Of a DNA stretch of 35,472 bases, positions 30,496 to 35,472 are shown piece by piece (position 1 is the stretch's first letter; every line of letters starts with the position of its first letter). This DNA comes from a virus. The stretch lies in IMG/VR virus record IMGVR_UViG_3300028008_000050; one strand, written 5' to 3'. The notes beneath the pieces are model-generated. The model did no database searches and had not been told where the DNA came from. It saw nothing but the letters and a program-made list of their open reading frames with translations. The position numbers were made by a program, and so were the translations under genes.

Positions 30496-30524
30496 TTGAC
30501 CATTTGAATTAATGGTGCTATAGT
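30496..30524 (+). promoter_or_regulatory. sigma70-like promoter of the lipoprotein cluster
   Basis: TTGACC-atttgaattaatggtgc(17)-TATAGT. Confidence 0.6.
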
Positions 30525-30565
30525 ATATACATAATTAACAAATAGGCAAAAATAGGAGGCTTATA

Positions 30566-31045
30566 ATGAAGGCAATAATGAAACTAGCAATGGCAGGTAC
30601 CCTAGTATCTATGTTGGGTGCTTGTTCAAGTATGACTACCATTGCTGAAAGAGACACGTATGCACAACCTAAGTGGTATGCATCATGTGCCCAAGCAGGA
30701 ACCGAAGGTTGGTTCTGGTGGAAAGAAGAGTATGCATATGCATGTGGGGCAGGAGAAAGTATTTTCCAACAAGCCGCAGAAGAGCAAATGTATGCTATTG
30801 CAATGAATAACTTTGCAAAACGTATTAATGGTAGAGTGAATAGTGAAACAACTATGAATTTTACAAATGATACTAAAGATACAAACACGTTTATTTCGTA
30901 CAAGGTAAATGATACGGCAATTACACAACACCTTGAAGAAGAACGTTCAACGTTTGTATATGCAGGTAAACAGTATACCTTTGTCAAACTAAGAATGCCA
31001 AAGGCAGTATTCGATTCACTCGTAGCACAATCAAAGAGTCAGTAA
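30566..31045 (+). CDS. lipoprotein (possibly LPP20-like)
   Basis: The signal peptide has the lipobox LGAC (MKAIMKLAMAGTLVSMLGAC). The mature part has an A..A...A..FAKRI helix pattern reminiscent of LPP20-family lipoproteins (weak). Confidence 0.65.
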   Translation: MKAIMKLAMAGTLVSMLGACSSMTTIAERDTYAQPKWYASCAQAGTEGWFWWKEEYAYACGAGESIFQQAAEEQMYAIAMNNFAKRINGRVNSETTMNFTNDTKDTNTFISYKVNDTAITQHLEEERSTFVYAGKQYTFVKLRMPKAVFDSLVAQSKSQ

Positions 31046-31046
31046 C

Positions 31047-31382
31047 ATGAGGATACTCCTGTTACTTGGACTAATCCTCGGAGTGTCGGCTTGTAGCACG
31101 ACACCTCCTTTGGGTAAAACTCAGATGCAGTATTGTGAAACAGATCAAATCATTAAAAAATCTAATGATAAAACTGTTAGCAGTGAAACGACACTTACCT
31201 GTTCAGACAGCCCAGTAAAGAAGTTGATTCCTCCTAAAATGGGATTAGGATCTAACTGTAGAGAACACTGGTATTCCGTTAATATTAATGGCAAGATGGT
31301 TGAAAGAAAAGGCTATGCTTGTTTATTCAAAGGAAAAGATTATGAGAGCTCTCGTTGGTATATTGTTGATAGCCCTTACTAG
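31047..31382 (+). CDS. lipoprotein with a Cys-bracketed surface-antigen-like C-terminal motif
   Basis: Lipobox VSAC (MRILLLLGLILGVSAC). The C-terminus is CREHWYSVNINGKMVERKGYAC...SSRWYIV. Confidence 0.65.
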   Translation: MRILLLLGLILGVSACSTTPPLGKTQMQYCETDQIIKKSNDKTVSSETTLTCSDSPVKKLIPPKMGLGSNCREHWYSVNINGKMVERKGYACLFKGKDYESSRWYIVDSPY

Positions 31383-31770
31383 TGCATGTAGCACAACTGG
31401 GTCTGACGTAACAACTTCTCAAACTACTAATGCAAGTGTACAGTCAACATATCAGCCTAATAATGGATATGTTAATATATTAGTAAACGTTACTAAATGG
31501 CATTGGTATAGACTTCCAACTGAAGACCGTATGAAACAAGAACGAGCATTGTTCTTTGCACTAGATAACTCTGAAAACGGACAAACAACTAGTTGGTATA
31601 ATAATACTACAGGAACAAATGGTGTAGTACAAATATTATCTACATTCCCACAAGGGTCAGGTTATTGTAGAACTGTAGTGACACGTTTACACTACAAAAG
31701 TAAAGAACGAATCTTCAAAGAAATTGCTTGTAAAGAATCAGGACACCCAGGTTGGCGGTTTCAAACTTAA
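31342..31770 (+). CDS. lipoprotein, paralogous C-terminal motif (surface antigen / 17-kDa-antigen-like)
   Basis: Start re-set to ATG 31342 (AAAGGAAAAG upstream). Lipobox TSAC (MRALVGILLIALTSAC). W.NNTTGTNG...GYCRTVVTRLHYKSKERIFKEIACKE..GHPGWRF. It overlaps the previous gene by 41 nt. Confidence 0.6.
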   Translation: MRALVGILLIALTSACSTTGSDVTTSQTTNASVQSTYQPNNGYVNILVNVTKWHWYRLPTEDRMKQERALFFALDNSENGQTTSWYNNTTGTNGVVQILSTFPQGSGYCRTVVTRLHYKSKERIFKEIACKESGHPGWRFQT

Positions 31771-31828
31771 ATAGTAACTTAATTAACAATAAAAAGGCAG
31801 GTAAATAGTGTATACAAAAGGAAACCAT

Positions 31829-33793
31829 ATGTTAATAGGAATACTAACTTTTTTATCTGCTATATCTATATCAGCAGTAGCAATATATTACTCCATAGCA
31901 GGACTAGTGGCTATCTTTGCCGCGGCGGCTATACCTATTATGATTATGGGTGGTGTACTTGAAGTTGGTAAACTTGTTACCGCAGTATGGCTACACAGGT
32001 ATTGGAGTCAAGCAACATGGTGGCTTAAAACTTATTTAAGTATAGCTGTCGTAGTACTCATGTTTATTACAAGTATGGGTATTTTTGGTTTCTTAAGTAA
32101 AGCTCACATCGAACAAACAAGTGCAGGCGAAGAAAGCATTGCAAAAGTAGAACAAATTGAAAATGAGATTGTAAGACTTAATGCAGTTATTGATAGAGCT
32201 GATGATAAAATTGAAGCATTAGAAACTAGTGGTTCAGGTAGTGACGCTAACATACAATCACAGATTGATAAAGAACAAGATCGTATTGACAAAGCATTTG
32301 AACGTATCAAACCTGCTATTGAACAACAGAACAAAATTATTGAAGACGCTAGAGAAACTGACTCAGCACGTACTAAACCTTATGAAGAACAACTTGCAAC
32401 TATTAGTGCAGAAGTCCTTCGTTTAGAAGCTAGTGCAAGAGAGTACGAAGATAAGATTGCATCACTAGAACAAGATACAAGTGCAGTACAACCATTATTA
32501 GATAGTATTGATACTATTGAAGCAGAGATTATTCGTGTTACTAATCAACTACAATCAACAGAACAAAGCGAAGTAAGAGCAGGCCAGGCTATCATTGGTG
32601 TAAGTAGTGATGGACTATTTGGTGGCAACACTCGTTCAGCTCTTGCTAAATGGGTCAAAGCTCAACGTGATAGAATTACACAAATACAAAATGATGTATC
32701 TCAACTACGTGCTGATGCTAAGAAAACTGTTGACATGGAACGTTTCCGTTTAGGCAACGTAATTAAAGATATTAGAGAAAAACAAATACCTGCACTCAAA
32801 GAACGTGAACTTGTAATGCTAGGTAAGATTGACGAAGTACGTCAAACAGAATCTCCTGTTATACAGACAGCAAGAGATGAAATTAATAGACTACGTCAAA
32901 GTGCTGAAGATTCAGTTAAGAACAGTCAAGAACTAATTGAAAGACTACGTTCTCAATTAGCTGACACAAGTAATGCAGATGATATTGATGCACAAGTTGA
33001 AGAACAACTAGCTAAGATTAAAAATGCTGAAACAGAACTAGATACTATTATTGAAGAAAAATATAAACTACAAGGTGAGTATCGTCAGTTAGAAGCAGAA
33101 GTAGGACCTATCAAATACATTGCTGAATTTGTTTATGGCGAAACAGCCGATAACAATATGCTTGAAGAAGCAGTACGTTGGGTTATTATAATTATTATAT
33201 TTGTATTTGATCCATTAGCAGTATTAATGCTTATTGCTTCACAGTATACATTCCATTGGGTAAACAGTGGTAGTACAGGTGGAGGCGGCCGCCCAAAGTC
33301 AGACGAGGACGATCCACAAGACGATCCTGAGTTTGAAGATGTTAGCCCAGAAGAACTAGCAGAAGAAGAACGTAGGGAATACGAACAAGCAAGAGCCCAA
33401 GCTATTGCTGACAATGTTCCACCAGACTTTGAAAAAGAAGAAGAACCAACTAAGAGTGAACATAGTGATCAATTATTATTGTTCCCAGACATTGACCCAG
33501 AACCTGTAGTACCTACAAAAATTGAAACTCCTGAAGTAGTTGCTGACCCAAATCAATTAGAGCTTGACTTTAATAAAAAACCTAGTCAAGAAGAACTTAA
33601 TAACGAGATGATTGAAACGGACGATCTAGATAAATGGAATGACTGGGTAGAGGCCGCTAACAAAGAAGCTGAATTAGAAGTTACCCAACTAGGTGAAGGC
33701 GAACAAGGTACTAGACAAAAGCTACCTCAAAAAAAAACTTCGTACATAACCAAAGTAGAGAACAAACAAGTCAGACTCAAGACTCAAGAATAA
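31829..33793 (+). CDS. large membrane-anchored coiled-coil protein with a peptidoglycan-binding-like motif and an acidic C-terminal tail
   Basis: There are 3-4 N-terminal TM helices and ~330 aa of heptad-rich sequence. An embedded GVSSDGLFGGNTRSALAKWVKAQ resembles PG_binding_1 (DGxFGxxTxxAvxxfQ). A further TM segment is VRWVIIIIIFVFDPLAVLMLIA. The tail is rich in E, D and P. An alternative GTG start lies at 31808. Confidence 0.65.
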   Translation: MLIGILTFLSAISISAVAIYYSIAGLVAIFAAAAIPIMIMGGVLEVGKLVTAVWLHRYWSQATWWLKTYLSIAVVVLMFITSMGIFGFLSKAHIEQTSAGEESIAKVEQIENEIVRLNAVIDRADDKIEALETSGSGSDANIQSQIDKEQDRIDKAFERIKPAIEQQNKIIEDARETDSARTKPYEEQLATISAEVLRLEASAREYEDKIASLEQDTSAVQPLLDSIDTIEAEIIRVTNQLQSTEQSEVRAGQAIIGVSSDGLFGGNTRSALAKWVKAQRDRITQIQNDVSQLRADAKKTVDMERFRLGNVIKDIREKQIPALKERELVMLGKIDEVRQTESPVIQTARDEINRLRQSAEDSVKNSQELIERLRSQLADTSNADDIDAQVEEQLAKIKNAETELDTIIEEKYKLQGEYRQLEAEVGPIKYIAEFVYGETADNNMLEEAVRWVIIIIIFVFDPLAVLMLIASQYTFHWVNSGSTGGGGRPKSDEDDPQDDPEFEDVSPEELAEEERREYEQARAQAIADNVPPDFEKEEEPTKSEHSDQLLLFPDIDPEPVVPTKIETPEVVADPNQLELDFNKKPSQEELNNEMIETDDLDKWNDWVEAANKEAELEVTQLGEGEQGTRQKLPQKKTSYITKVENKQVRLKTQE

Positions 33794-33895
33794 GACCTGA
33801 CTTTACTGAAGTAATAGAACCAAACTATAAACAAAATTCAGAACAGAGCCAGAATAGTGTTTGGCAAACAATCCACAAGAATAAGTAATATTACT

Positions 33896-34327
33896 ATGTC
33901 TAAGCCAACAGTAAATCTAATTACCTCACCTGACAAGTTATTAAACGATAACCTTAGTTTCTTATTGCTTAATCCGTCTGTTACAGTTAAAGAACAATTT
34001 AACGATATGTTAAAAGAACTTTCAGACGCACCTATCAATTTGTATCTTTCGGAAGACGAGAATGACATTGCTTGGGTACTAGACGTTGCTCAAAGTGTTA
34101 ACTATATTATTATTGATATTGATAACACTAAAGAGTCGCAATGGATAATTGGTCATTTGTTAAGTTTTGATAAAACATATTACTTGACAAACCAGGCAGA
34201 GATGCAGTATAATATACTTAATATCAATAGAGTTTATGATATTAGACAGATAGCAGAAGGAGAAAACTATTTTGTCAAAGTACAGCAACGACAGGCCAAA
34301 GACGGGTCTAAAAGTAGAAGTGCGTAA
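33896..34327 (+). CDS. hypothetical protein (143 aa)
   Basis: Start re-set to ATG 33896 (the track start 33857 is a GTG). Its 3' end overlaps the S21 promoter, SD and start. Confidence 0.5.
   Translation: MSKPTVNLITSPDKLLNDNLSFLLLNPSVTVKEQFNDMLKELSDAPINLYLSEDENDIAWVLDVAQSVNYIIIDIDNTKESQWIIGHLLSFDKTYYLTNQAEMQYNILNINRVYDIRQIAEGENYFVKVQQRQAKDGSKSRSA
34184..34213 (+). promoter_or_regulatory. near-consensus sigma70 promoter embedded in the upstream CDS, driving rpsU
   Basis: TTGACA-aaccaggcagagatgcag(18)-TATAAT. The S21 SD AAGGAG (34257-34262) and TTG start (34272) follow. Confidence 0.6.
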
Positions 34328-34511
34328 TGGTGACTTTGCAGGGGCTTTAAGAAAGTTCAAAAAGAAAGTTGCATTAGAAGGTGTGTTGATCGAATACAAA
34401 GAAAAACAACACTATGAGAAGCCAAGTTTAAAGCGAAAGAAAGCCAAGGCGGCTGGACGAGCTAGACACTTGAAAGCGATGAGAGAACGTAATAAAGAAC
34501 TAGGATTTTAA
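34272..34511 (+). CDS. rpsU: ribosomal protein bS21
   Basis: LKVEVRNGDFAGALRKFKKKVALEGVLIEYKEKQHYEKPSLKRKKAKAAGRARHLKA aligns with E. coli S21 ([56 protein letters not shown]). TTG start 9 nt after AAGGAG. Confidence 0.85.
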   Translation: MSKYSNDRPKTGLKVEVRNGDFAGALRKFKKKVALEGVLIEYKEKQHYEKPSLKRKKAKAAGRARHLKAMRERNKELGF

Positions 34512-34512
34512 T

Positions 34513-35115
34513 ATGAGTTTAAAAGCTGACCTTTGGTTTCCATCGATTGTATTTGCAGGTTATGTAGAATCAATTGATAGAGATTCATTAAAACAAATTG
34601 CTCTTGCATGGCAGGCAAAAGAACCTAACCTTGGTGGCAACAGTAATATGAATGGTTGGCATAGTCGCAGTATTGAGAACATTAATTTAGTTGATCCTAA
34701 CTATGTGTTTGCTCTTAATACGTTTGTAAAAGAACTAGATGCACAAGTAGATTACTGTCGCAAAACTATGGGACTACCTGAATTAGAATTCCAAAACTTC
34801 TGGATTAACATTAATGGTCCGGGAGCATATCATACATTACACAACCACCAAGATGCTATGTTGAGTGGTGTATTTTATATAGACGTTCCTGCAGAGAATA
34901 TGGGTGACTTACAATTTTTTAGAGGCGATGATGCACAGTATTATATTCCAGATAACTTTGATTCATATAATACAATAACAAGTACAATGGCAACGTATCC
35001 TCCAAAAGACGGAATGATAGTAATCTTTCCTAGCTGGGTCAAACATCAAGTTAAATCAAACCAAAGTGATTTGCAACGGATTGCAGTCTCTTTTAATTAC
35101 GGAGTTAAAAAGTGA
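34513..35115 (+). CDS. 2OG-Fe(II) oxygenase (marine-phage-type DSBH protein)
   Basis: WININGPGAYHTLHNHQDAMLSGVFYIDVP...GDLQFF...MIVIFPSWVKHQVKSN...RIAVSFNY is the canonical pattern of this family. Confidence 0.75.
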   Translation: MSLKADLWFPSIVFAGYVESIDRDSLKQIALAWQAKEPNLGGNSNMNGWHSRSIENINLVDPNYVFALNTFVKELDAQVDYCRKTMGLPELEFQNFWININGPGAYHTLHNHQDAMLSGVFYIDVPAENMGDLQFFRGDDAQYYIPDNFDSYNTITSTMATYPPKDGMIVIFPSWVKHQVKSNQSDLQRIAVSFNYGVKK

Positions 35116-35472
35116 GAATTGAACAAGACATTAAGTTAGACTATAAAGACGTACTGTTTAAACCTAAGAGATCAAAATTAGAAAGCAGACGTGATGTGGA
35201 TCTAACTCGTACATTTAGATTTCATCACGGTAATGAATGGACTGGTGTACCTATCATGTCAAGTAACATGGACGGTGTTGGTACATTTGAAATGGCCAAA
35301 GTATTACAAGAACACAAAATGCTTACTATTATGAGAAAGCATTACTCACTTGATGACTGGAAAGAACAGAGTCAAGGAGTGAAGATGAAGTATCTAAGTG
35401 TTTGCACAGGTACAGGAGTTATTTGGGATAAAGATGCAAAAGACTATGCTACTATGAAAGCAGTCTTAGAAA
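35112..35472 (+). CDS. guaC: GMP reductase, N-terminal fragment; 3' end lies outside the window
   Basis: GTG start overlapping the upstream stop (GTGA). VRIEQDIKLDYKDVLFKPKRSKLESRRDVDL...GVPIMSSNMDGVGTFEMA...RKHYSLDDW aligns with E. coli GuaC [31 protein letters not shown]...GVPIIAANMDTVGTFSMA...HKHYSVEEW. Confidence 0.85.
   Translation, partial: MRIEQDIKLDYKDVLFKPKRSKLESRRDVDLTRTFRFHHGNEWTGVPIMSSNMDGVGTFEMAKVLQEHKMLTIMRKHYSLDDWKEQSQGVKMKYLSVCTGTGVIWDKDAKDYATMKAVLE

Noticed and set aside
31047-31770. Overlapping gene pair considered as an i-spanin/o-spanin (Rz/Rz1-like) pair.
   Set aside because: Both products have lipoprotein signal peptides, whereas an i-spanin needs an N-terminal TM anchor instead. 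Both carry a related surface-antigen-like domain. No holin or endolysin gene lies adjacent in this window.
34184-34330. Frameshift fusion between the 33896..34327 ORF and S21, considered because S21 lacks an ATG and overlaps the ORF by 56 nt.
   Set aside because: There is no slippery heptamer in the overlap. A good SD plus a TTG start and a consensus promoter explain independent expression more simply.
1-35472. CRISPR arrays, integrase, transposase or IS elements, toxin-antitoxin pairs, or recognisable defence or anti-defence cassettes.
   Set aside because: There are no spaced direct-repeat arrays, no recombinase or transposase motifs in any frame, and no terminal inverted repeats. The repeated signals found are promoter motifs and protein-domain paralogy.

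Overview
The window reads as a densely packed accessory and metabolic region of a large, AT-rich, T4-like marine myophage. The host is most plausibly a SAR11-type alphaproteobacterium. That is my inference from sequence features only; no database search was possible.

I call about 59 CDS, 4 tRNA genes and 1 tmRNA gene. There are two classes of promoter-like motif: host sigma70-like TTGAC(A/T/C)-N17/18-TAnnnT, and the T4-type late core (T)ATAAATA(C). I found several rho-independent terminators and no CRISPR array, integrase or transposase.

Recognisable genes:
- Nucleotide metabolism: prs (3' fragment), guaC (5' fragment), nrdA, nrdB, glutaredoxin.
- Other metabolism: speD-type AdoMet decarboxylase, IscU, a PiT-like phosphate permease, a class-3 lipase, four 2OG-Fe(II) oxygenase paralogs, and a ring-hydroxylating oxygenase alpha-like protein with degenerate Rieske ligands.
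- Nucleic-acid enzymes: an HNH endonuclease and a PD-(D/E)XK nuclease.
- Virion and envelope: a beta-helix tail fibre, a PAAR-peptidase M15 fusion, a porin-like beta-barrel and three tandem lipoproteins.
- Nucleic-acid binding and translation: an Hc1-like histone-like protein, CspA and ribosomal protein bS21.

Most interesting observations:
1. A circularly permuted (two-piece, alphaproteobacterial-style) tmRNA gene with its own promoter and terminator and the tag ANENFALAA.
2. A minus-strand module in which an anticodon-domain-less AsnA/AsnRS-like class II synthetase core sits directly upstream of an aberrant 100-nt tRNA. That tRNA carries Asn-type identity elements (U1:A72, G73, GUU) and a 25-nt extra arm, and IscU follows it.
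3. A dnaX-like -1 frameshift cassette (A_AAA_AAG, 6-nt spacer, stem-loop) joining a 313-aa acidic protein to a downstream ORF that has no start signals.
4. A PAAR tip fused to a cell-wall peptidase, preceded by two genes that share four copies of a ~45-aa domain.
5. A Pol-beta nucleotidyltransferase plus OB-less ligase-like pair next to the tRNA island.

Several first residues shown as M in the ORF track are TTG or GTG codons. I re-set several starts using SD motifs and paralog alignments. RNA ends, promoter calls and family assignments are by-eye and need computational confirmation.
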